Below, piece after piece: positions 19,153-26,037 of a stretch of 51,241 nucleotides of DNA (positions are counted from its first letter, which is position 1; each line of letters starts with the position of its first letter). This DNA comes from a virus (taxonomy: Duplodnaviria > Caudoviricetes): IMG/VR virus record IMGVR_UViG_3300042363_001418, positions 1 to 51,241 of that record; one strand, given 5' to 3'. Under the pieces are notes generated by a model. It saw nothing but the letters and a program-made list of their open reading frames with translations. It had not been told where the DNA came from and searched no databases. Made by a program: the position numbers and the translations under genes.

Positions 19153-19270
19153 ATTTGATTAAAGGAACTTAGATATTATATTAAGACAGAAGGCAGTGAG
19201 CGCCAGAAGCCATTAAGGTCCGAGAGGGAGATTGAGATGCAATAAGCTCACTAAATTTCAACTTTTTAAT

Positions 19271-19350
19271 CGCGGGGCAGTCAGTAGTGGTGCTGAACTA
19301 GTCTCATAAGCTAGGCTTCGGTGTGGGTTCGACTCTCACCCCCGCAACCA
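19271..19350 (+). tRNA. tRNA-fMet (CAT), initiator-like
   Basis: CGCGGGG...CCCCGCAACCA with C1:A72 mismatch; loop CTCATAA. Confidence 0.85.
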
Positions 19351-19361
19351 ATTTTTTTAAT

Positions 19362-19446
19362 GGGCGGTTCGCATAGCGGCAATTGCGGAAGACTGTAAAT
19401 CTTCTCCCTCCGGGGTTCGTTGGTTCGAGTCCAACCCCGCCCACCA
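19362..19446 (+). tRNA. tRNA-Tyr (GTA)
   Basis: gaaga CTGTAAA tcttc; long variable arm; CCA. Confidence 0.95.
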
Positions 19447-19451
19447 TTTTC

Positions 19452-19525
19452 GCGGGATTTGTATAATGGTAATACGCCATCCTTCCAAGTTGGAGTCATC
19501 AGTTCGATTCTGATATCCCGCACCA
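19452..19525 (+). tRNA. tRNA-Gly (TCC)
   Basis: GCGGGAT/ATCCCGC; loop CTTCCAA; CCA. Confidence 0.95.
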
Positions 19526-19526
19526 T

Positions 19527-19719
19527 TTTTCCCTGCCATTGTAGACGACGATTCTACAATGAGCGTAGGCTAAAAGCGGGTTAGCAACCCGATGACTGCT
19601 GATCGTAATCCGACGTAAATTAAAGTAGTGCTTGGAGTCGCTACCAAGAGGAAATAGTCACTACGTTTCTTAAAATTGTCCAAAGCTTCGCTTGGCCAAT
19701 TATTCGGTAGTGGGGAAAA
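19527..19719 (+). ncRNA. Unidentified structured RNA, about 190 nt
   Basis: Terminal pairing ttttccctgcc/ggtagtggggaaaa enclosing four or more hairpins; lies between tRNAs; no ORF. Confidence 0.55.
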
Positions 19720-19725
19720 TACTTT

Positions 19726-19794
19726 GCGAGAGGGATCATACGGAGATCGCTAGGCCCATAGTCTAGAGAGGAGGTTAAATTCCTCCCCCTCGTA
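19726..19794 (+). pseudogene. Degenerate tRNA-like element, CAT anticodon
   Basis: Cloverleaf gatc/gatc, ctagg CCCATAG tctag, ggagg TTAAATT cctcc; C33, acceptor mismatch, no CCA. Confidence 0.6.
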
Positions 19795-19983
19795 ATTCGT
19801 ATTCATACGCGATAAAGTATGACGCAGCTAGATGTGGTTTCTAGATAGCCCCAGCCCTGGGTGAGTGTAGCAGCAATCTGTTATGGGCAAATTTTTAACG
19901 TGTTGTTGGGTAGCACCCAACTGATTTGGAATAAGCAGGAGGATGTCCAAAGAGAATGACGATAAACCCTGCACAGATTTAAT

Positions 19984-20257
19984 TCCGACTTAGCTCAGCG
20001 GCAGAGCGGGTGACTGTTGTAATGGCAGCTTAAAGTAGAAATACTTTATGAAAAACTAACCAAATTCGGGGAACGCTTTAAAATGCCAATCCCGAGCGAA
20101 GCCTTGAAAGAGGAACGTGTAGAGACTTGACGGTTGGTATCTTAGCAAGTAATGTTGAAGATAATGAGAAAGTCCAGACTACAAACTGAGAAGGTAGCGA
20201 AAGCTATAGTAGTAGGTAATCACTAGGTCCATGGTTCGATCCCATGAGTCGGAGCCA
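19984..20257 (+). tRNA. tRNA-Asn (GTT), intron-containing; exons 19984-20017 and 20217-20257
   Basis: Spliced product is a canonical 75-nt tRNA with ggtga CTGTTAA tcact and CCA. Confidence 0.9.
20018..20216 (+). mobile_element. Group I intron (199 nt) at tRNA-Asn position 35/36
   Basis: P caaattcggggaa, Q aatcccgagc, R gtagagacttgacgg, S gaaagtcc; P1 ctgt/gcag with U.G at splice site; terminal G. Confidence 0.9.
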
Positions 20258-20270
20258 TTTTTAAAGTTGC

Positions 20271-20341
20271 GGCCTTTTAGTTTAATGGTAAAACGGGCGA
20301 TTTGTAATCGTCGGACGACAGTTCGATTCTGTCAAGGGCCT
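20271..20341 (+). tRNA. tRNA-Thr (TGT)
   Basis: GGCCTTT/AAGGGCC; loop TTTGTAA; no encoded CCA. Confidence 0.85.
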
Positions 20342-20367
20342 TTTTTATGTTCGAGTATGAACAAATA

Positions 20368-20376
20368 GACTAAATA
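20368..20376 (+). promoter_or_regulatory. GACTAAATA late-type promoter (representative copy)
   Basis: Also at 21915, 24152, 28270, 41335, 45936, 46732, 50296, 50623; resembles T4 late TATAAATA; 5-7 nt before start codons. Confidence 0.7.
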
Positions 20377-20381
20377 TCTAT

Positions 20382-21146
20382 ATGAGTAAAGTTAACGTTA
20401 ATTGCTGCGAATGCGATAAAAAATATCAGGTGTGGCAATATCAGTTAAAATACAAAAAGCATTTTTGTAGCAGGGCTTGTAGAAATAAAAATAAGCAGTA
20501 TACTTGTTGTGCATGTGAAGGTAAATTTTACTCTTCCCAGGAAAGGCTTTTTTGCAGCAGATCTTGTTCTGCAACTGTTAATAATAAAAAAAGAGTAAGA
20601 GCAAAATGGACGGAAGAGCAAAAAAATAATCTTTCTATTATAAAGAAAAATAGCCCGTTCAACAAACGCCATAAACGCGATTTTAGTATTTTACATTACA
20701 AGAAATGCACTATATGCGACTCTGTTTTTTTCGTTAAAAGTAAAAGCTCACCTAAAAAGACATGTTCAGCTAAATGCAGAACCTTAGCATGTAACGGTAT
20801 AAGAACTTACCAGAATGGTTCAAGAAAGCCGAGCTGGTATTTTTGTAAAGATCAAAACAAAAATGTTCTTTTAGAGTCATCTTGGGAAGTAGAGATAGCA
20901 AAGTATCTAGATAATAAAAATATTAAATGGATTAGGCCTGGTCCTATTCCTTATACATTAGATAAAGTTAGACACTATTACCCTGACTTTTATTTAACAG
21001 ATTATGGAGTATTTTTAGATCCAAAAAATCCTTATTGCATGGAAAGAGATAAGGATAAATTAAAAGAAGTTTGTAAAGAAATAAAATTAATTTATGGGCA
21101 TAAAACTGATATAATTAATTATATTAATAATTTAATCTATGCGTAG
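20382..21146 (+). CDS. Free-standing endonuclease (zinc-ribbon repeats plus PD-(D/E)XK/TnsA-like domain)
   Basis: FCSR.C repeats; ESSWE, YYPDFYL, LDPK. Confidence 0.8.
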   Translation: MSKVNVNCCECDKKYQVWQYQLKYKKHFCSRACRNKNKQYTCCACEGKFYSSQERLFCSRSCSATVNNKKRVRAKWTEEQKNNLSIIKKNSPFNKRHKRDFSILHYKKCTICDSVFFVKSKSSPKKTCSAKCRTLACNGIRTYQNGSRKPSWYFCKDQNKNVLLESSWEVEIAKYLDNKNIKWIRPGPIPYTLDKVRHYYPDFYLTDYGVFLDPKNPYCMERDKDKLKEVCKEIKLIYGHKTDIINYINNLIYA

Positions 21147-21223
21147 TTCAGCCTGGTAGAACGCCTGATTTGGGATCAGGAGGCCGTAAGGAATCGTAGG
21201 TTCGAATCCTACCGCATAGACCA
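21137..21223 (+). tRNA. tRNA-Pro (TGG) with enlarged variable region
   Basis: CTATGCG/CGCATAG ACCA; cctga TTTGGGA tcagg; 15-nt variable region. Confidence 0.85.
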
Positions 21224-21229
21224 TTTTCA

Positions 21230-21303
21230 GGGGATGTAGTTTAATGGTAAAACGGTAGCTTTGCAAGCTTCAGTCGAGGGTTCGACTCCCTCCTTCTCCA
21301 CCA
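21230..21303 (+). tRNA. tRNA-Ala (TGC)
   Basis: G3:U70; loop TTTGCAA; CCA. Confidence 0.9.
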
Positions 21304-21304
21304 T

Positions 21305-21378
21305 GCGTCGTTCGTTCAATGGTAGGACTGCAGATTCCAAATCTGCTAACGTGGGTTCGATTCCTACACGACGTGCCA
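21305..21378 (+). tRNA. tRNA-Trp (CCA) copy 1
   Basis: gcaga TTCCAAA tctgc; GCCA end. Confidence 0.9.
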
Positions 21379-21392
21379 GTCTTCCTTACTAA

Positions 21393-21662
21393 TCAATTCA
21401 TTGATTTTTGACCTATTTTCTGCTTAATAAGCATAGTCACTGAACTCGAAGAATTTCTCTTTTCATAGGCTTTAATTACCTGCTTCCATAAAGCACTCGG
21501 TACTTTATTATAGAAAAATTCTGAAGCTCTCGCTGGACCGAATTCGCCAGATTCTGCGATATTTTCCATTTTTTCAACGTATTTTAAAACTACTGGATTA
21601 GGCTTACCGAAGCTAAAAATACCTTCATTTAAAATTTCGTTTACTAATTGGTCAAATTTCAT
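21393..21662 (-). CDS. Hypothetical late protein, possible internal head protein
   Basis: MKFDQLVNEILNEG N-terminus; TAAATA upstream on minus strand. Confidence 0.6.
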   Translation of the reverse strand: MKFDQLVNEILNEGIFSFGKPNPVVLKYVEKMENIAESGEFGPARASEFFYNKVPSALWKQVIKAYEKRNSSSSVTMLIKQKIGQKSMN

Positions 21663-21759
21663 ATTTATATTATTTATGTAAATTATCTCTCGATTCTTGA
21701 TAATCGTATTAACTTTCCCCTGCCATGCTATCAGTTAAGAGATAGCATGCGTCTACTGA

Positions 21760-21834
21760 ATATAGGTAGCGTAATGGCAGCGCGCGGTTCTGGTAATGCC
21801 TAGGTCGCGGGTTCGAGCCCCGTCCGCTCCGCCA
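21760..21834 (+). pseudogene. tRNA remnant (GGT loop; 5' acceptor strand does not pair)
   Basis: Intact T-arm gcggg TTCGAGC cccgt and CCGCTCCGCCA end; 5' strand non-complementary. Confidence 0.6.
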
Positions 21835-21835
21835 T

Positions 21836-21909
21836 ACGTCATTGGTGTAATGGTAGCACAAAAGTTTCCAAAACTTTTTGTCACAGTTCGAATCTGTGGT
21901 GACGTGCCA
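21836..21909 (+). tRNA. tRNA-Trp (CCA) copy 2
   Basis: ACGTCAT/GTGACGT GCCA; aaagt TTCCAAA acttt. Confidence 0.9.
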
Positions 21910-21930
21910 TTTTTGACTAAATATAGCTAT

Positions 21931-22263
21931 ATGCGCGTTAAGCAAATATACGGTGATTTCTCTAGAACAGGCGCATACATCTATTTTGATGAAGTGGGTG
22001 GTTCCGGTTATATACATACTTTAGAGAGCGTAGCGCGTAATAGCAATAAAGAATATATTCTTAACGCTCTTAAAAACGGCATCGATTTAGTAGATATAGA
22101 TTTTACTAGACCTTTTGTAGGTTTCTTTTTTATTAGAGAAGATCACCCTGCATTTAATATAGATGTATTAGGAGATATAAGATACTTTGGTAATTCTGTT
22201 TTAGCTGACAGAATTGAGAGACCATTAGCAAAGTCAGTAATGCTATCAATAAAACAAGATTAA
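21931..22263 (+). CDS. PETHPLFN-family paralogue
   Basis: MRVK start after GACTAAATA; IREDHPAFN. Confidence 0.75.
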   Translation: MRVKQIYGDFSRTGAYIYFDEVGGSGYIHTLESVARNSNKEYILNALKNGIDLVDIDFTRPFVGFFFIREDHPAFNIDVLGDIRYFGNSVLADRIERPLAKSVMLSIKQD

Positions 22264-22267
22264 TATT

Positions 22268-22669
22268 ATGAGAATAAAAATGTATAGTTTTGGTCGCGGT
22301 ATTGTAGAGTCAGCATATCTATACAGTTCACTTGTACCGGATGATGCAACTCTCGAACAAGAACTCGATGGGAGTGTTGATATTGACTTAATCTCTTTAA
22401 TGGATACGGATGGCCTTTTAGAGAAAGTTTTAAAAGAATCCTATTTTACATACGTGCTATACGGCGTTGAAGATGTTTCCCCTCAATATGTTGTAATTAT
22501 GAGAGAGGATTTGCCATATTTTAACGTAGACTCGTTTACAGAGACGCGCGGTAGCGATGAAGATAGGCGAGCCAATTTAAGAAAAAAATATTTTGTACCT
22601 ATTTTAATAGATGCTTTTACCAGTGATCCTAAAAAAGTAGAAGTGATAAGAGAAGACGAGCAATACTAA
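22268..22669 (+). CDS. PETHPLFN-family paralogue
   Basis: MRIK; MREDLPYFN. Confidence 0.75.
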   Translation: MRIKMYSFGRGIVESAYLYSSLVPDDATLEQELDGSVDIDLISLMDTDGLLEKVLKESYFTYVLYGVEDVSPQYVVIMREDLPYFNVDSFTETRGSDEDRRANLRKKYFVPILIDAFTSDPKKVEVIREDEQY

Positions 22670-22678
22670 ATATAGTAA

Positions 22679-23020
22679 ATGAGAGTAAAAGGTATAACTG
22701 GTGAGTTTGAAAGAGGACATGTTTACGTGTCTGATACTACCGCGGGTCGAGAAGCAGGTACTATTTTCACATCAAAAGAATTAGAAACCATGGTAACAGA
22801 GCTTTCATTGGTTAAGCAGGCTCTTACATCAGTTATAACTGCAGATGTTAATCTCGTAAAAGATAAACTCACAGAAGGTGTGATATTTGTAAGAGAAGAT
22901 CATCCTTTATTTAATATAGACTTAATAGCAGATGAATTTGAAGCTGATAACTCCGATGAGACTACAATGAATGTTTTAGCAGCATCAGTCTGGCTATCTG
23001 TATGGAAGTACTTAAAATAG
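22679..23020 (+). CDS. PETHPLFN-family paralogue
   Basis: MRVK; VREDHPLFN; ACTAAATA upstream. Confidence 0.75.
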   Translation: MRVKGITGEFERGHVYVSDTTAGREAGTIFTSKELETMVTELSLVKQALTSVITADVNLVKDKLTEGVIFVREDHPLFNIDLIADEFEADNSDETTMNVLAASVWLSVWKYLK

Positions 23021-23025
23021 TATAT

Positions 23026-23099
23026 CGCACGTTGGCAGAGAAGTCATGCAGTGGTCTGCAAAACCGCGTAGTCCAGAGCGTTACTGGAACGTGCGTCCA
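23026..23099 (+). tRNA. tRNA-Cys (GCA)
   Basis: CGCACGT/ACGTGCG, U73, CCA; atypical T-loop AGCGTTA. Confidence 0.85.
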
Positions 23100-23109
23100 T
23101 ATTTTTAAT

Positions 23110-23185
23110 GCGCAAGTAGCACAGTGGTAGTTGCGTCTGCTTTACACGCAGAGTGTCGGGGGTTCGAATCCCTCCTTGCGTACCA
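23110..23185 (+). tRNA. tRNA-Val (TAC)
   Basis: tctgc TTTACAC gcaga; CCA. Confidence 0.95.
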
Positions 23186-23231
23186 TTTTAAATAGTTGAT
23201 TTTATATGCACACCACTTTAATATATGGTAT

Positions 23232-23951
23232 ATGAATAAACTAAAAACATTGTTTGTTGTTGCAGCTTTTGCTGCACTTACTAACGCATATGCTGGTACA
23301 ATCGAAGGCGCTCCTTCAGCAGTGACTCCTGTCACTCTTGAAACTGCTTATTCTTCTGATAGTGTCTGGCGTGGTGCTGACATGGGTGCAAATGAAGCAA
23401 GCGCAATCATCTCAACTACAGCTGAACTTCCTGCGGATGTTTCGTTGGCTTTGAGCGCTGATTATAGCAATGCTGAAACAACTGGAAAAGACGAAGCTAC
23501 TGAGCTCTCTGCAATCTTCTCGAAAGAGATTGCTGACTATCTCGTATCTTTGAGCTATACCTGGTATTCGCAAGACTATGCGGGTCAGGAAGGACAAGCG
23601 CAAGAAGCTGGCTTGACTGTATCACGTGCAGTTGGTCCAATCGATCTTTCGCTTACTCAGTATGTCGGACTTGTTGGTGACAATAACAGCTATAGTGAAC
23701 TTGCTGCAACATACAGTGATGATTTCGGATCTTCATTGACGTTGGACTTTCGCGCTGAGCTTGGCTATCTCGCTCAAGAAGGACAGTGCACTCACTTTGA
23801 GACCACGATATCAACTGACATTCCAGTTGTCGAAGGCGTGACTGCTGTTCCATTTGTCTCATACTCACTCGGTCTTGATGACTCGGTTGGTGTGCACTCA
23901 GACATGAAGAATCTTTTCTTCGGTGGAATTGAGTTTAAGAAGACATTCTAA
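23232..23951 (+). CDS. Outer-membrane beta-barrel protein (TIGR02001/Gcw_chp-like putative porin)
   Basis: Signal peptide MNKLKTLFVVAAFAALTNAYA; YSSDSVWRG; alternating beta strands; terminal Phe. Confidence 0.75.
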   Translation: MNKLKTLFVVAAFAALTNAYAGTIEGAPSAVTPVTLETAYSSDSVWRGADMGANEASAIISTTAELPADVSLALSADYSNAETTGKDEATELSAIFSKEIADYLVSLSYTWYSQDYAGQEGQAQEAGLTVSRAVGPIDLSLTQYVGLVGDNNSYSELAATYSDDFGSSLTLDFRAELGYLAQEGQCTHFETTISTDIPVVEGVTAVPFVSYSLGLDDSVGVHSDMKNLFFGGIEFKKTF

Positions 23952-23970
23952 TATTATAAGAATATAAAAC

Positions 23971-24006
23971 AAAAACGGAGCCTTCTCTATGTTGGCTCCG
24001 TTTTTT
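23971..24006 (+). terminator. Rho-independent terminator
   Basis: aaaaacggagcc...ggctccgtttttt. Confidence 0.75.
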
Positions 24007-24010
24007 ATTT

Positions 24011-24040
24011 GGGCAAGTGGTGTAATGGTAGCCACGCGAT
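24011..24040 (+). pseudogene. 5' tRNA fragment (acceptor strand plus D-arm only)
   Basis: GGGCAAGTGGTGTAATGGTAGCCAC, then loss of structure. Confidence 0.45.
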
Positions 24041-24051
24041 TGTTATTTTCA

Positions 24052-24124
24052 GCCAATGTATTCCAACGGTAGAGAAGTATGGCTTAGAACCATAAAAGTG
24101 TGGGTTCGAATCCCTCCATTGGCA
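24052..24124 (+). tRNA. tRNA-Leu (TAG), short variable loop
   Basis: GCCAATG/CATTGGC; tatgg CTTAGAA ccata; no CCA. Confidence 0.8.
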
Positions 24125-24165
24125 CTTTTTTTACCAATTCGAGTATCTCTAGACTAAATACTAAT

Positions 24166-24795
24166 ATGTCTAGTAGATGTTTATACTGCGATGAGATTAT
24201 ACCTAAGCAAGAAAATAGAGGTGAAAAATATAAAAAGATATATTGCAATAGTAGTTGTGCAGCGAGTGCTAATAACTTAAAAGGGAAACACGATACCCTC
24301 TTTAAAGAAAAGCATCATTTGATATTGCAAATGATGGAGGAAGGACTCCCCACCGCAATTATTTCGAAAAAGCTCGGTGTATGTAGAGATACTTTCTTAA
24401 AAAGATATCCTGAATATAAAGATATACTTAAAAAGAGCTCGTTCAAGAAATTATCTAAATCACGCGAAGAATATTATATTAATAAAGCGAAATCAAAAGA
24501 GGAGCGAAAAGAGCAAATATTTGAAGAAATAAAACTAACAGGTAGGTGTGAGTCTGATAAACAATGGAGTTTGCAGAAAAAATGGCTTAAATTGTTCTTA
24601 ATAGAGCGTGACGGTAATAAGTGTTCGCAGTGTAGTTGGTGTGAAAAAAATCCCGTAACTGGTAATATACCAGTTCATATTGATCATATCGACGGTAATA
24701 AGGAGAACAACCATCTCAGCAACGTCCGTATTCTGTGCCCTAATTGTCATTCTCTCACACCAACTTATGGATCAATAAAAAGAAATAGAGATTGA
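24166..24795 (+). CDS. HNH endonuclease
   Basis: CSQC...HIDHIDGNKENNHLSNVRILCPNCHS; start at 24166 after GACTAAATA. Confidence 0.9.
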   Translation: MSSRCLYCDEIIPKQENRGEKYKKIYCNSSCAASANNLKGKHDTLFKEKHHLILQMMEEGLPTAIISKKLGVCRDTFLKRYPEYKDILKKSSFKKLSKSREEYYINKAKSKEERKEQIFEEIKLTGRCESDKQWSLQKKWLKLFLIERDGNKCSQCSWCEKNPVTGNIPVHIDHIDGNKENNHLSNVRILCPNCHSLTPTYGSIKRNRD

Positions 24796-24843
24796 TTTAT
24801 TATAGGAACTAGCTTATAATAACGATGTAGAAAGAATAAAAAT

Positions 24844-25129
24844 GGCCGTGTGATGAAATTGGTAAACATTGCGGACTTAGAGAAATTTGAGTGCCCTGTT
24901 TGAAAAGATAGGAGTAGAACTCGTCAAATTCGGTGAAGGCTTTAAAATGCTAACCCCGAGCCAAGCCTAAGAAATTAGGAAGGTGTAGAGACTAGACGGC
25001 GAGGATCTAAGGTAGAGATACTATGATCAAGGTATAGTCCAGACCACAAACCGAAAGGGTAGTGAAAACTATAGTGGTATGAAAATCCGTTGCTTCGGCT
25101 TGTCGGTTCGAGTCCGACCACGGCTACCA
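24844..25129 (+). tRNA. tRNA-Leu (TAA), intron-containing; exons 24844-24878 and 25082-25129
   Basis: Spliced gcgga CTTAAAA tccgt; long variable arm; CCA. Confidence 0.92.
24879..25081 (+). mobile_element. Group I intron (203 nt), trnL(UAA)-type, position 34/35
   Basis: P caaattcggtgaa, Q aaccccgagc, R gtagagactagacgg, S aaggtatagtcc; P1 actt/gagt with U.G; terminal G. Confidence 0.92.
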
Positions 25130-25139
25130 TTTTAAGAGT

Positions 25140-25397
25140 ATGAAAATTAAAGGTAAAACTACAGTAGAGGTTGAGATTGATCAAAGCGAAGCTAGGCGAA
25201 TTACAGTTCGTACTCTTCGCGATACTTTTGGATGGCCAGATGGAGCGTACATTGATGTTAACGGTAATCTTATTGTAGTGCACGATGGTCATACCTCGCA
25301 TAGCTTTGTTAACAATATAGAGATTATTCGTAAAGCTAATGAAGATGATTTCACTCTACGAAACATTATACATAGCCTTTGCAAGAAAAGAGACTAG
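25140..25397 (+). CDS. Hypothetical protein
   Basis: 85-aa ORF between tRNAs. Confidence 0.65.
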   Translation: MKIKGKTTVEVEIDQSEARRITVRTLRDTFGWPDGAYIDVNGNLIVVHDGHTSHSFVNNIEIIRKANEDDFTLRNIIHSLCKKRD

Positions 25398-25406
25398 CAT
25401 AGTTAT

Positions 25407-25532
25407 ATGGCTAAGACAACAACAAGAACCAAAAGAGCCACTATTAAGAGTGGTAATGTAACGATTCGCAAGACTCTTACTGTTTCAAAAACTGTTAAGA
25501 CTCCTAAGGTCAAAAAGAGTAAAAAGAAATAA
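25407..25532 (+). CDS. Very basic 41-aa peptide (not in ORF track)
   Basis: MAKTTTRTKRATIKSGNVTIRKTLTVSKTVKTPKVKKSKKK. Confidence 0.55.
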   Translation: MAKTTTRTKRATIKSGNVTIRKTLTVSKTVKTPKVKKSKKK

Positions 25533-25542
25533 ATATATAAAC

Positions 25543-25633
25543 GGGTAGATGGCTGAGCTGGCCGAAGGCGCTCGACTTGAAATCGAGAGAGGTTTAATCG
25601 CCTCCGTGGGTTCGAATCCTACTCTACCCGCCA
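25543..25633 (+). tRNA. tRNA-Ser (TGA)
   Basis: ctcga CTTGAAA tcgag; long variable arm; GCCA. Confidence 0.95.
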
Positions 25634-25642
25634 TACAATTTA

Positions 25643-26036
25643 GGGTGCGTTCTGGTTTCGACTGTACGAGTGTCCTATTGATTAGCATGCAGAGGAATGA
25701 CAAGGTTGGCCTCTTAAAAAGCCTTTCAACAAAAACAAACGGCAAAGCTAAAAACGTCGTGAACGCAATCTTCGGTCGCGGTTCCCGTAACGAGTCATTC
25801 GTTGGTGGTGAACTTGCTCTCGCAGCTTAAGTTCTAAAACGCTCAGAGAAAAACCTGCTCTGCTCTGAGTACAAACCAGGTAACCCAAACAGTATGCATT
25901 CTGTCTAATGCATTGGTGGAGGACGAAGTCAATTCGTCCCTAGGAGTGGTTCACCTTAACGAACCAAATATAAGCATGTTTGAAGATCGATAGAAGCTAG
26001 TAGAGGACAGGGGTTCAATTCCCCTCGCATCCACCA
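25643..26036 (+). ncRNA. ssrA: tmRNA; tag (A)GKAKNVVNAIFGRGSRNESFVGGELALAA at 25741-25830
   Basis: GGGTGCG..GGTTTCGAC 5' end, G3:U70, gcatg/gcatg P2 ends, T-arm plus CCACCA, tag ending LAA*. Confidence 0.93.
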
Positions 26037-26037
26037 T

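Noticed and set aside
19311-19539. Minus-strand ORFs 19311-19526 and 19357-19539
   Set aside because: Antisense shadows of tRNA genes.
21724-21834. Split or permuted tRNA explanation for the remnant ending CCGCTCCGCCA
   Set aside because: No complementary GGAGCGG 5' half was noticed nearby and the anticodon stem is also degenerate; treated as a pseudogene.
21709-21930. ORF 21709-22017 (-) and the N-terminal extension of 21796-22263
   Set aside because: They overlap tRNA sequences; the real start is ATG 21931 after the late motif.
25485-25830. ORFs 25549-25830 (+) and 25485-25745 (-)
   Set aside because: They overlap tRNA-Ser and tmRNA; only the tag portion is meaningful.
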